From Acidimicrobiia bacterium (GTDB taxonomy: Bacteria > Actinomycetota > Acidimicrobiia > Spongiisociales > ZC4RG35): a stretch of DNA of 64,000 nucleotides. Of this stretch, positions 50,812 through 60,439 are shown piece after piece. A program made the translations under genes and the position numbers. The notes under the pieces were generated by a model. It did no database searches. It saw only the letters and a list, made by a program, of their open reading frames with translations, and was not told the DNA's origin. The stretch spans positions 1,600,001-1,664,000 of the forward strand of contig CBDBCY010000004.1 of NCBI GenBank assembly GCA_965203555.1. Direction: 5' to 3'. Each line of letters starts with the position of its first letter. Positions within the stretch are counted from its first letter, which is position 1.

Positions 50812-51034
50812 AGCCGAACGGGTGGCGAAAGGTGGAGACGCAGACCCCAAAGTATCGGGAGGCCCTGTAGCCATATCCGGCCCGCCAGTCGGAGCGTTGT
50901 TTGGTCGGGCGACTGCGGCCGCATTCGACCGGGGAGCACAGTTGGCAAAACGAACAATGATCCCATCAGCCGCGGCCGTCCCAGCCCTGAACATACAATT
51001 CGGCGTAGGACACACCACCTCGAAAGGATCACCC

Positions 51035-51301
51035 ATGGCGCCGACAAGCGTCTCGCGTGCGCAACGACGCCGGGAGGAAGTTCATGCCAACTATGAGGTA
51101 TTCGTCAACCACCACGTCAACAGTCTTCTCCAACATCACGAAGGAGACTGGGCGCTCCTGCACAACGGAGAACTGATAGCTTGCTACGGCACCCTTGACG
51201 AGGCTCACGAGGATGGCATGATCAAATACCCTGATCGTCAGTTCTCTATTCAAGAGATCCGCGAACCCGCACCCGTTTACATGGGTTGCCGTGTTCTTTG
51301 A
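51035..51301 (+). CDS. Small protein, DUF5678-like
   Basis: 88 aa after AAAGGA: NYEVF..LLQHHEGDWALLHNGELIACYGTLDEAHEDG..FSIQEI. Confidence 0.6.
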   Translation: MAPTSVSRAQRRREEVHANYEVFVNHHVNSLLQHHEGDWALLHNGELIACYGTLDEAHEDGMIKYPDRQFSIQEIREPAPVYMGCRVL

Positions 51302-51748
51302 GGACAACTACGACTCACAAGTAGGGCCCGTGTTGCCCGAGGTCATGCTTCATGCAGAGAACGGGCGAACAGCCAAAGTCAAAGGACTGGTGGATACCGG
51401 ATGCACGATCACGGCCGTAACACCCCCACGTCATCGACGATCTACAGTTGGACGAACCCTTTAGCAAGGTAGAGGTTTAGACGCCGAACGGGGCGGTTCA
51501 GCGATGCTTACTTCCTGCGTTTCGAGTTCACACAAGGCACTCCGCACATAACCCGAGGCATCGGAGTCATTCGTTGCCACCCCACTAACGACAACTATCA
51601 GATCCTCATCGGTCGAAACATCCTACGTCTCGGTGTATTGACGTTGGACGGTGTGAACTCAAGGTTCTCGTTCTTGATCCGTCCTGGACACCGGACATTT
51701 CCCACGCCGCCTCGACCGAAACAGATCCGTCGCGCCGGGTTCGCGTGA
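51291..51748 (+). pseudogene. Retropepsin-like aspartic protease, disrupted
   Basis: KGLVDTGCTITAV (DTG) and ILIGRNIL lie in different frames; frameshifts near 51425 and 51500; in-frame TAG at about 51478. Confidence 0.75.
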
Positions 51749-51851
51749 TGGTCCCGATCAAATCGAACCACTACCGAAGTTTCACCTCTTTTCACTGCGG
51801 CGGCGACCGAACCGGACCGGCGGGTCTGTGAAAAAACCGCCCCTGTGGGGG

Positions 51852-51881
51852 TTGACTCCCCGACGCATACGGTCTCATACT
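51852..51881 (+). promoter_or_regulatory. Sigma-A-type promoter facing a non-coding region
   Basis: TTGACT-18 bp-CATACT with an upstream A-tract (51831-51836); no credible + strand CDS downstream. Confidence 0.65.
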
Positions 51882-51887
51882 GTCCCA

Positions 51888-52150
51888 TAGCTGCACAAAT
51901 ACCTCCGGCCGGGCCAGAGCTCACCCGAACCCGGACAAATCCGAGGTCAAGCCGATCCATGCACCCGGTAACCCCTGGTCCGACGTGACCTCAAACGGTT
52001 TAGGTGGTGGCGGGGGATGGGCCCGTTTGAGGGAGAGCATCTGGGAACAACATTCGCGAGATAGGTAGGGAAATCGCGAGAAATAGCCTTACTGGACCGA
52101 CCAGGACAGGCTCGACACAGACAGAGGCCCGACGCCGGTGTGTCCTGTCC
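51888..52150 (+). ncRNA. Candidate ~260-nt structured ncRNA (Ms1/6S-like)
   Basis: Nested helices 51905-15/52126-38, 51946-53/52109-16, 51974-80/52099-105, 51989-98/52023-32 and 52054-59/52074-79 downstream of the promoter. Confidence 0.55.
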
Positions 52151-52153
52151 GCC

Positions 52154-53581
52154 TCAAGCAGCCTTGATTCGCTTCAATGCAGCTTGGGCGGCGTGGTAAC
52201 CGCACATGCCGTGAACGCCACCTCCGGGAGGAGTTGAGGAAGAACACAGGTAGACCCCCTCTGCACCGGTCGCATAGGGTGACCGACCGGGGTATGGGCC
52301 CCGCATCATCCTCCTCATGCCCAGGACCCCACCTCCGATGTCACCCCCCACGTAGTTGGGGTTGTAGTCCTCCCATTGGGAAGCAGCAAGGGTGTGACAG
52401 GCCAGGATTGTTTCGCGGAACCCAGGAGCGTGACGTTCGATCTCGGCTTCCACCAGAGCCCGCATATCGACCGAGCTTCCCGAAGGCACGTGAGAGTAAG
52501 CCCATAAGGTGTGGCGCCCTCCGGGAGCGCGGGAGGGATCGAAGAGAGAAGGCTGGGCCGCCACCACGAACGGTCGCTTCGAGGCTTTCCCCTCCCATAC
52601 CATCCGCTCGGTGTTTGCGATCTGTTCATGATCTCCGCCCAGATGCAGGACTCCGGCGGTGGCCAGGCGCCCGTCTTTCCAGGGCACCGGCCCCGAAAGT
52701 GCCCAATCCAGCTTGAAAACCCCCGGTCCGTGCCGAAACCCCTTACCTGTTCCGCCCCTGCGAATGCCTTTCCCCGACTCTTCCAGCAGCGCCTCGAGGA
52801 CCGAGGGGACCACGTCGGCCAGCACCACCCGGCAGGAGGGGAGTTCGGTCAGACTCGTCACCCGGCGCCCGGTCTCGATCTCGCCACCCAACTCCAAGAA
52901 GTGAGCGGCCAGCGCATCCGCCAGTGCCTGAGATCCGCCCTCCACGAAGGGCCAACCGTAGCGGTGGCCTGCCACCAGCAGCAACCATCCCACCCCGGCG
53001 GTGAACGGTCTTTCCAGCGGCATCACCGGGTGAGCGGCGGCGCCGGCCAGCAGCGACCGGGCCGCCCGGGTCTTGAACCCCCGCCAGTCCCACGAGGCCG
53101 GCCGGGCCAGCGACGCCAACTTGGGACCGGCCCAGGGATCGGGTCTGAACCGCAGCGGCGGCCCCAACAGCCGACTCGCCAACCGGGGCCACTGCCGGTG
53201 AAGCGACTCGACCTTGCGTCGATAGCGGCTCCCATCCACTCCCAACCCCCCGACGGTCTCTTCAAGGGAACGGTGCAGCACCACCACCTCGCCGTCATCG
53301 AGGGGATGGGCAAGGACCGCCGGCGGGTGAATCCACTTAACCCCGTACCTGGCCAGCGGCAGTCGACCGAACAGCGGAGAGCCGCGACCCAGGGGGTGGG
53401 CGGTCGAACAGACATCGTGGCGGAAACCGGGGAGAGTCAACTCCGAAGTCCGGCAGCCTCCGCCGATGGTCTCAGCGGCCTCCACCAATAGAGTGGAGCA
53501 TCCTGCCTCCGCCAGCACAATGGCCGCCGCCAAACCGTTCGGACCCGCTCCGATCACGACCGCGTCGTAAGACATAACCAC
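52154..53581 (-). CDS. Phytoene-dehydrogenase-like FAD-dependent oxidoreductase
   Basis: VIGAGPNGL, GGGCRTSELTLPGFRHDVCS, NPNYVGGDI, SSTPPGGGVHGMCG. Confidence 0.88.
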   Translation of the reverse strand: MVMSYDAVVIGAGPNGLAAAIVLAEAGCSTLLVEAAETIGGGCRTSELTLPGFRHDVCSTAHPLGRGSPLFGRLPLARYGVKWIHPPAVLAHPLDDGEVVVLHRSLEETVGGLGVDGSRYRRKVESLHRQWPRLASRLLGPPLRFRPDPWAGPKLASLARPASWDWRGFKTRAARSLLAGAAAHPVMPLERPFTAGVGWLLLVAGHRYGWPFVEGGSQALADALAAHFLELGGEIETGRRVTSLTELPSCRVVLADVVPSVLEALLEESGKGIRRGGTGKGFRHGPGVFKLDWALSGPVPWKDGRLATAGVLHLGGDHEQIANTERMVWEGKASKRPFVVAAQPSLFDPSRAPGGRHTLWAYSHVPSGSSVDMRALVEAEIERHAPGFRETILACHTLAASQWEDYNPNYVGGDIGGGVLGMRRMMRGPYPGRSPYATGAEGVYLCSSSTPPGGGVHGMCGYHAAQAALKRIKAA

Positions 53582-53629
53582 TGATCACAGTAACGAAGCA
53601 CCCACCCGACCTGGCTTCAAGCGCCGCCG

Positions 53630-54973
53630 TCAGGCACTCCCCGCCGCAGGAACCACCAACCGGAAGGTTGACCCCTCGCCCAACAGGCTCTTGACCGTCA
53701 CCTTGCCGCCGTGACGCTCCGCCACATGCTTGACGATCGCCAACCCGAGGCCGGTTCCTCCCGTCTGTCGGGAACGGGCCACGTCCACCCGGTAGAACCT
53801 TTCGAAGATCCTCCCCAGGTCCCGGCCGGGAATACCCATGCCGGTGTCGGTGACGGTCACCATTCCCTCGCCGTTCAGCGCCTCCAATGCCACCCGGATC
53901 CTCCCGCCCTCCTCGGTGTACCTGAGAGCGTTGTCGCACAGGTTCCTGATGGCCAGTCCCAGTTCAGCAGCCGATCCATTCACTGCCACCGGCTCGGTCC
54001 GCACCGTGAAATCGATGCTCTTTTGCCGGGCAGCCCTGGCAAAGGCTTCCGCCTCGGCCAACACCACGTCCTCAAGATCGACATGCTCCGCAGTCGGCTC
54101 CTGGGTTTCGAGACGGGACAGGTCCAACAAGTCGGTGACCAGGCGGGACAGCCGCAGCGCCGAGGCGGAGATCTGCCCGGCGAAGCGGCGACTCGACTCG
54201 GGATCTCTCCCCAGGGACAGATCCAGCGCCTCAGCGGAGGCCAGGATGGAAGCCACCGGTGTCTTCAACTCGTGTGAGGCATCCGTCACGAAGTCGCGCC
54301 TCATGGTCTCCACCCGCACTCTTTCCGTCAGGTCCAGCACGATCACCAACACCCGACCCTCCTCGTCGATGGAAAACGCCCTCACCCCCAGCGTCCTCTC
54401 CGGGTAACCGCGGGTCAGGGTCTCTTCGTGGGTTCCATCGCTCCGGCGGACTTTCCGGACCAGGGCCTGGATGGATCGCAGCCCCAGACGTCCCGAGGGA
54501 TCGGCCAACATCCCCAGCATCTGCCGACAGGCCGAGTTCGAATATGCCACCCGGTTGTCGGGCTCCACCAGGAGGACCCCCCCGGGCAGGCCCTCCAACA
54601 CCACCTCCAACAGGGCCTGTTCTCGACGCAGGGCCTCCTGGGTGCGGTGAAAGTGCAGGCCGGCGTGGTGCAAAGAGTAGGCCAAGTTGTCCACCTCCCC
54701 GATCCCCACCGGGCGCGGGGCGATTCCCGGCTCACCCGTCAGCAGGCCCGAAGCGGTATCGTCCAGAGTCACCAGGGCATTGCGCAAACCCCTCAGCGAC
54801 GCACCGTAGACGGCGGCGAACAGACCCCCGCTGACCAGGCCGGACAGCCAGCCGGAGACTCCGAAGACCTGGCTCATAATTGTCCACAGGACCGCCCATC
54901 CCCCCATGGCCAGCCACAGCCTCCAAAAGAAATACCGAAAGAGAAGGTGCTCCCGACGCCCGCTAGGGCGCAT
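53630..54973 (-). CDS. Phosphate-regulon sensor histidine kinase (SenX3/PhoR-like)
   Basis: RRDFVTDASHELKTP, NLCDNALRY, DTGMGI..IFERFYRVD..GGTGLGLAIV. Confidence 0.92.
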   Translation of the reverse strand: MRPSGRREHLLFRYFFWRLWLAMGGWAVLWTIMSQVFGVSGWLSGLVSGGLFAAVYGASLRGLRNALVTLDDTASGLLTGEPGIAPRPVGIGEVDNLAYSLHHAGLHFHRTQEALRREQALLEVVLEGLPGGVLLVEPDNRVAYSNSACRQMLGMLADPSGRLGLRSIQALVRKVRRSDGTHEETLTRGYPERTLGVRAFSIDEEGRVLVIVLDLTERVRVETMRRDFVTDASHELKTPVASILASAEALDLSLGRDPESSRRFAGQISASALRLSRLVTDLLDLSRLETQEPTAEHVDLEDVVLAEAEAFARAARQKSIDFTVRTEPVAVNGSAAELGLAIRNLCDNALRYTEEGGRIRVALEALNGEGMVTVTDTGMGIPGRDLGRIFERFYRVDVARSRQTGGTGLGLAIVKHVAERHGGKVTVKSLLGEGSTFRLVVPAAGSA

Positions 54974-55673
54974 CGACGAACTTGTAACCCAGGCCCCGGA
55001 CGGTAACTATGTGGCGCGGATTCGAGTAGTCCTCTTCGATCTTGTGGCGGAGCCTTTTGATATGAACATCGAGAGTTCTGGTGTCACCGTAGTAGGCAGA
55101 TCCCCACACCTCGCCGAGCAGGGTCTCGCGAATGACCAGCCGGTCCTTTCTGCGCATCAGGGTTTCCAGGAGATCGAATTCCTTGGGGCGGAGAGACACC
55201 GCCTCTCCCCTGACTCTCACCTCGTGGGCATCCACGTCCAACTCCACCGGCCCGCCTCTCAGCACCTCATTGGTGTCGGAAATCAAGCCGGTTCGTGCGG
55301 CCCGACGGATGTGCGACCGGACCCGGGCGATCAACTCCCTCATGGAAAATGGTTTGGTCACATAGTCATCGGCGCCCAACTCCAGACCGGCCACCTTGTC
55401 CGCCTCCGAATCACGAGCGCTGAGCACGATGATCGGCACATCCGAGAAGGCCCGTATCTCACGGCAGACGTCGAGGCCCGAACCCCCGGGCAACATCACG
55501 TCCAGCAGCACCAGCGAAGGGGGACGCCTGCGTACCCTGGACAGCGCCTCCGGTGCGGTGTATGCCACGTCCACCGACATGCCTTCGGTCCGCAGAGCAT
55601 ACGAGACCGAATCGGAGATAGCAGGCTCGTCCTCCACCACCAGAACCCGGTGGAGCGGCTCAATCTGAGCCAT
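54963..55673 (-). CDS. regX3: OmpR-family response regulator (RegX3/PhoP-like)
   Basis: VLVVEDE, LLDVMLPG, LELGADDYVTKPFS, DTRTLDVHIKRLR, TVRGLGYKF; in the pst/phoU operon. Confidence 0.88.
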   Translation of the reverse strand: MAQIEPLHRVLVVEDEPAISDSVSYALRTEGMSVDVAYTAPEALSRVRRRPPSLVLLDVMLPGGSGLDVCREIRAFSDVPIIVLSARDSEADKVAGLELGADDYVTKPFSMRELIARVRSHIRRAARTGLISDTNEVLRGGPVELDVDAHEVRVRGEAVSLRPKEFDLLETLMRRKDRLVIRETLLGEVWGSAYYGDTRTLDVHIKRLRHKIEEDYSNPRHIVTVRGLGYKFVDAP

Positions 55674-56343
55674 AGTCGTGGAGCCGAAGGAATTCCTGGT
55701 GGTCCCCGGTCATCAGGAACGCAACCTGCTCCCCTATGTCAACCGCCTGGTCACCCACCCTCTCCAGAGCCCGGGAGACCAGGATCATCCGGGTGGCCCA
55801 CTCCAGCAGTTCGGGGTCGTGTCCGCATTCCACCACATGCTTCCACATGCTGCGGTTGAGGACATCCACCGGCACGTCCATGGCCGGCAGCAGCCGGCAT
55901 TCCTCGGCGTCCCGGCGCGCGAAGGCGTCGATGGCGGTGCGGATCATCGGCTTGAGCAGGTCCCCCATCTCCTGCAACTTGACCAAAATGGTCTCCTCCC
56001 GGGGCAGCCCGGCCGTGACCCGGGCTATTTTGGCGATGTTGACCGACTGGTCGCCCATGCGCTCCAAGGTGTTGTTCATCTCCAGGATGGCGGCCATCAT
56101 CCGCAGGTCCCTTCCCATGGGCTGCTGGCGCGCCATGATGTGCATCCACCTGGACCGGATCTCCATATAGATCTCGTCGACGGCATCATCGGATTCGATG
56201 ACTTGGGAAACCAGTCGCTGATCGGAGTTGACCAGCGCCCTCATCGCCATGTCCACCATGCCCTCCACCTTTTCGGCCATGCTCAAGGTGGTTTCCTCCA
56301 GCCTGTTGAGGGCAGCGTGAAATTCGGGACGCTGGTCGCTCAT
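55660..56343 (-). CDS. phoU: Phosphate signalling protein PhoU
   Basis: ARQQPMGRDLR, LERMGDQSVNIA, LERVGDQAVDIGE. Confidence 0.95.
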   Translation of the reverse strand: MSDQRPEFHAALNRLEETTLSMAEKVEGMVDMAMRALVNSDQRLVSQVIESDDAVDEIYMEIRSRWMHIMARQQPMGRDLRMMAAILEMNNTLERMGDQSVNIAKIARVTAGLPREETILVKLQEMGDLLKPMIRTAIDAFARRDAEECRLLPAMDVPVDVLNRSMWKHVVECGHDPELLEWATRMILVSRALERVGDQAVDIGEQVAFLMTGDHQEFLRLHDYGSD

Positions 56344-57206
56344 TATCCGAACCGCCCGGTTATGTAGTCCTCGGTCTCCTTCTTGCCCGGCGCCGTGAAT
56401 ACCCGGTCGGTCGAGTCGTACTCGACCAGGCGGCCGGTCCGTTGACCCCTCTCCCCCACATCCACCGAAAAGAAGGCCGTACGGTCGCTCACCCGGGCGG
56501 CCTGCTGCATGTTATGGGTGACCACCACGATGGTGTACTGCTCCTTCAGTTCCCTCATCAGGGTCTCGATCCGGTAGGTGGCGATCGGATCCAAGGCGGA
56601 GCAGGGCTCGTCCATCAACAGGACATCCGGGCTGGTGGCGATGGCCCGGGCGATGCACAGCCTCTGTTGCTGACCTCCCGAGAGATCATATGCCGAGTTC
56701 TGAAGCTTGTCCTTGACTTCGTCCCACAGCGCGGCCCTTACCAGGGACTCCTCCACCAGGTCATCGAAGTCGCCTTTCCAACCAGCCACCCTGGGGCCGA
56801 ACAGGATGTTCTCATAGATCGACTTCGGGAAGGGGTTGGGCTTTTGGAACACCATTCCGATGCGGCGCCGGACCTCCACCGGGTCAACCGACGATCCGTA
56901 CAGATCAATCCCGTGGTAGGAGACCCTGCCCTCCACCCGGGCGCCGTCTATCAGGTCGTTCATGCGGTTCAGGCAACGCAGAACAGTGGATTTGCCACAC
57001 CCGGACGGACCGATGAGGGCGGTTATCTCATTCTGAAAGATGTTCAGAGAAGTGTCAGCCACGGCATGAAAAGCCCGGTAGTAGACATTCAGGTTCTGGA
57101 TCTCGAAGATCGCTGATGAACCGACCGAGCCGTCAAGACCGGCGGAAGGGCCGGGCGAGACCGCGCCTCCTACCACGGTGGAGGGCGATTCCATGCGGGT
57201 TGACAT
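56343..57206 (-). CDS. pstB: Phosphate ABC transporter ATPase
   Basis: [46 protein letters not shown]. Confidence 0.97.
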   Translation of the reverse strand: MSTRMESPSTVVGGAVSPGPSAGLDGSVGSSAIFEIQNLNVYYRAFHAVADTSLNIFQNEITALIGPSGCGKSTVLRCLNRMNDLIDGARVEGRVSYHGIDLYGSSVDPVEVRRRIGMVFQKPNPFPKSIYENILFGPRVAGWKGDFDDLVEESLVRAALWDEVKDKLQNSAYDLSGGQQQRLCIARAIATSPDVLLMDEPCSALDPIATYRIETLMRELKEQYTIVVVTHNMQQAARVSDRTAFFSVDVGERGQRTGRLVEYDSTDRVFTAPGKKETEDYITGRFG

Positions 57207-57249
57207 ATGTTCTCCTCGATCAGTGTTTGTCTTGTGGCCTGATTGGTTT

Positions 57250-58221
57250 TCACCTTATCCTGCGCCTTTCCAATGCGTCACGAGCCAGGATCGTCCCTGC
57301 GTTCACCACCAACAAAATTACCAGCAGCGCCACTATGGCAGCCGCCGTCAGGGCGATGTATTCGGTTTGCGGTTGGCGTGACCAGTTGTAGATGATGATC
57401 GGCAGGGCTGTGTATTTTTCCGACACCACCAGCGAAGTGATCGGAGTCCCCTCAGGCGCCGCGAAAAAGGTGGAAAGGACCGCACCGGCCAGAAGCAGCG
57501 GCGCCGATTCTCCGAAAGCGCGGGCCAGGGTCAGTACCGAGCCGGTGAAGATGGCTGGGCTCGCCACCGGCAGAACATGATGGCGGATGGTTTGCCAGGG
57601 CGTGGCGCCCACCCCGTAGGACGCCTCGCGAAGGGCCATGGGTACGGCTCGCAAGGCCTCCTGGGTGGTGATCACCATGATCGCCAGCACCAGCGTCGAA
57701 AGGGTCATACCTCCCGCAATCAGGGTGCGCCCGCTGACCTGTCCCACCATCCCTTCCAGAATCAGCTTCACGAACACGGTCAAACCCAGCAAACCGTAGA
57801 CGATGGAGGGCACTCCCGCCAGGTTGCGGATGTTGGCCACCAGCATCCTGGTGAGCCGGGTGTCCCGGGCATACTCCTCCAGGTAGATGGCGGCGGCCAC
57901 TCCCAGCGGGAAGGAGAGTATCACCACCACCACGGTGAGCATCACCGATCCGAAGATTCCCTGGATCATTCCCGTTTCTTCGGGACGGGGAGAGAGATCG
58001 TTGGTGATCACCGACCAGCCCCGCTCCTCCCATACGGGCATCGACTTGGCCACGACGTCCCAGAGCAGAACCACCAGGACGGCCAGCGACGCAAGCAGGG
58101 AAATCAAGAGCGTCAGAGCCACCAGGGGATTGATGACATTGATCTTTCGGCCTTCCAGCGCCCGCCTCAGCATGTCCCGGGTGACGGCGGTGGAACCGGA
58201 TCCTATGGTGCGGGTAGCCAT
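57250..58221 (-). CDS. pstA: Phosphate ABC transporter permease PstA
   Basis: [33 protein letters not shown]. Confidence 0.95.
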   Translation of the reverse strand: MATRTIGSGSTAVTRDMLRRALEGRKINVINPLVALTLLISLLASLAVLVVLLWDVVAKSMPVWEERGWSVITNDLSPRPEETGMIQGIFGSVMLTVVVVILSFPLGVAAAIYLEEYARDTRLTRMLVANIRNLAGVPSIVYGLLGLTVFVKLILEGMVGQVSGRTLIAGGMTLSTLVLAIMVITTQEALRAVPMALREASYGVGATPWQTIRHHVLPVASPAIFTGSVLTLARAFGESAPLLLAGAVLSTFFAAPEGTPITSLVVSEKYTALPIIIYNWSRQPQTEYIALTAAAIVALLVILLVVNAGTILARDALERRRIR

Positions 58222-58240
58222 TCCTATTCCTCCCGCCCTT

Positions 58241-59212
58241 CTAATACTTCTGCCGGAAACGCCGCACCAGGCGCTCGCTTCCGATGTTCAGGACCAATGT
58301 CATCAAGAACAGCAGGAGCCCCACAAAAAACAGGCTCTGAAAGGCCGCCACGCCGCCGGCGACCTGGTCGGAGCCGATGGCCAGCGAAGCCATGGCGCCG
58401 GTCATGGTCTGGCCGCCGTTGAGGGGGCTCAACTGCAGAAGAGACCCTCCGGTCGCTCCGGCGGCGATCGCCACCACCATGGTCTCGCCGATCGAGCGGG
58501 ACAAACCGAGAATCAGGGCGGCCACGATTCCCGAGAGAGCAGCGGGGAACACCACCCGCAGGGAGGTGTGCCACTTCTTGGCGCCCAGTCCGTACGAGGC
58601 TTCTCGAAGCGCGCGGGGCACCGCCTGCATGGCGTCCTCGGAGACCGACGACACCAGGGGAATGATCAGTATCCCCACCCCGATCCCCGCCGCCATCAGG
58701 TTCGACTGCTGGGTGCCGTCCCAGATGTTGCGGAGAACGTCGGGAGTGATGAACCTGAGCGCGAAATAGCCGAGCACCACGCTCGGTATCCCGGCCAGGA
58801 TCTCCAGTACCGGCTTCAGCACTCGCCTCACCCACGGTTTGGCGTACTCGCTCAGGTATATGGCCGCGCCCAATCCCAGGGGCGTGGCCACCGCCATGGC
58901 GATGCCCGACACCGCCAGGGTGTGCCACACTATGGTCCGCAGGTCGAAGCGGTCCCGCCGCGGGAACCATCCGTCGGCGAACAGAGAACCCAGTCCCTCT
59001 TCCACCTCTGCGGCGATGCTTTGCAGGAAGGCGACCGCCTCCCCGACCAGGCTGAGCACTATCGCAATGCTCACCAGGATCGTGAAGACGGCAGCCGACA
59101 GAAATACCCTTCGCACCGTGCGCTCATGGCGCAGACGTCGCGGGTCACCGGAGAGATCCAGTGAACTCCGGGTATCAATCACTTTTCTTCCCACCTCTTT
59201 TTCCGGCTTCAC
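58241..59212 (-). CDS. pstC: Phosphate ABC transporter permease PstC
   Basis: AAIYLSEY, LAGIPSVVLG, SRSIGETM. Confidence 0.95.
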   Translation of the reverse strand: MKPEKEVGRKVIDTRSSLDLSGDPRRLRHERTVRRVFLSAAVFTILVSIAIVLSLVGEAVAFLQSIAAEVEEGLGSLFADGWFPRRDRFDLRTIVWHTLAVSGIAMAVATPLGLGAAIYLSEYAKPWVRRVLKPVLEILAGIPSVVLGYFALRFITPDVLRNIWDGTQQSNLMAAGIGVGILIIPLVSSVSEDAMQAVPRALREASYGLGAKKWHTSLRVVFPAALSGIVAALILGLSRSIGETMVVAIAAGATGGSLLQLSPLNGGQTMTGAMASLAIGSDQVAGGVAAFQSLFFVGLLLFLMTLVLNIGSERLVRRFRQKY

Positions 59213-59215
59213 ATC

Positions 59216-60274
59216 CTATCCGACTGAAGTCCAGGCGGATAGGGTGGCGGCGATTTCGTCGTCGGGCAGGGTCACGTAGCCTGCTTCGGCGACCGAGGAG
59301 AAACCGTCACCCAGGTAGAAGTCCACGAACGGACCCAACGCCGGGTTGTCGGCCAAACGGTTCAACGAAACATAGATGAACAACGGACGCGACAACGGAT
59401 ACGACCCGTCAGCGATCGACTCGATCGAAGGCGCGACGCAACCGTCACCACCATCGACCTCGATCGCCTTCAACACCGAACTGTTCTCGACAAAGAACGC
59501 AAAACCGACCCAACCGAACGAAGTCGGGTTGGAACTGATGTTGTCCACGATCACATTGTCATTGGCCGAAGCCTGGTAATCGACACGGGTCGGCTCCTCC
59601 TGGCCGCGCTCCTCGGTGACGTCCTCCAACGCCAACTCGACGAAAGCATCGAAAGTACCCGACTCCTCACCGGGCGCCGTGATCACCAACGGAGCGTCCG
59701 GATACGGAGCACCCGAACCGCCCAAACCGGCCGCAGCCAACTCCGAAGCCAGATCATTGGCGTCCGACCAGGACTGGAAACCCTCCGACTCGGCACCGAC
59801 CAGCGCATACAAGTCACCAAGATCCAAACAGTTCACCGCTCCGTTGTCAGGCGAGGTGAGCACGCTGATACCGTCGAAGGCCACCTTCAACTCGACCCAC
59901 TCGACACCTGCCTCGGCGCAAGTCTCCACCTCGGAGGCCTTGATGGCCCGGGAAGCATCCGAGATATCAATCTCACCATTACAGAACCTTTGGAAACCAT
60001 CACCCGTACCGGGACCCTCCACCGAAATCCCCACACCGGGATGCGCAGAATTGAACCTCTCCGCCACCAAAGCCGTAATAGGCTCCACCGTCGAAGAGCC
60101 GGACACCTCGATCGAACCCGACAGATCCGCAGTGGATGGCTCGTCCGCGGCAGGCGCAGCCGCTGTGGTGGCAACCGGTTCGCTCTCGTCGTCTCCTCCG
60201 CAGGCCGCCGCCAACAGCACCAGGGCGGCAAACACCACCGCTCTGTGGAAGAACCGTTTCTTGGCAAAAGTCAT
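59216..60274 (-). CDS. pstS: Phosphate-binding lipoprotein PstS
   Basis: Lipobox AAAC, SGSSTVEP, GTGDGFQRFC, SGTFDAF, YPLSRPLFIY; ATG 60274 after AAGGAG. Confidence 0.93.
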   Translation of the reverse strand: MTFAKKRFFHRAVVFAALVLLAAACGGDDESEPVATTAAAPAADEPSTADLSGSIEVSGSSTVEPITALVAERFNSAHPGVGISVEGPGTGDGFQRFCNGEIDISDASRAIKASEVETCAEAGVEWVELKVAFDGISVLTSPDNGAVNCLDLGDLYALVGAESEGFQSWSDANDLASELAAAGLGGSGAPYPDAPLVITAPGEESGTFDAFVELALEDVTEERGQEEPTRVDYQASANDNVIVDNISSNPTSFGWVGFAFFVENSSVLKAIEVDGGDGCVAPSIESIADGSYPLSRPLFIYVSLNRLADNPALGPFVDFYLGDGFSSVAEAGYVTLPDDEIAATLSAWTSVG

Positions 60275-60378
60275 GTGAAATCCAGACTCCTTACTCGGGA
60301 ATACATGCTTGACCCTCTTGAGAGTTTTTTCCACCCGGGCGCGGGCCCAACCCATAGTCAGAAAAGTAAGCGCGACAA

Positions 60379-60418
60379 GTGAACACACATCCCTGCGCTA
60401 TGTGAACGGAATGTGAAT
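60379..60418 (-). promoter_or_regulatory. PHO-box-like direct repeats upstream of pstS
   Basis: GTTCAC-type units on the minus strand (plus-strand GTGAAC at 60379 and 60402, GTGAAT at 60413); the last two are 11 bp apart, as in actinobacterial PhoP/RegX3 sites. Confidence 0.65.
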
Positions 60419-60439
60419 TCTCGGGTTTATTTCACAGGG

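Noticed and set aside
50815-50850. GGGTGGCGAAAGGTGGAGACGCA resembling a tRNA-Leu D arm
   Set aside because: No anticodon arm, T arm or acceptor pairing could be built.
51598-51960. 120-aa minus-strand ORF overlapping the candidate ncRNA promoter
   Set aside because: No RBS or family motif; it is antisense to the protease pseudogene and likely a shadow ORF.
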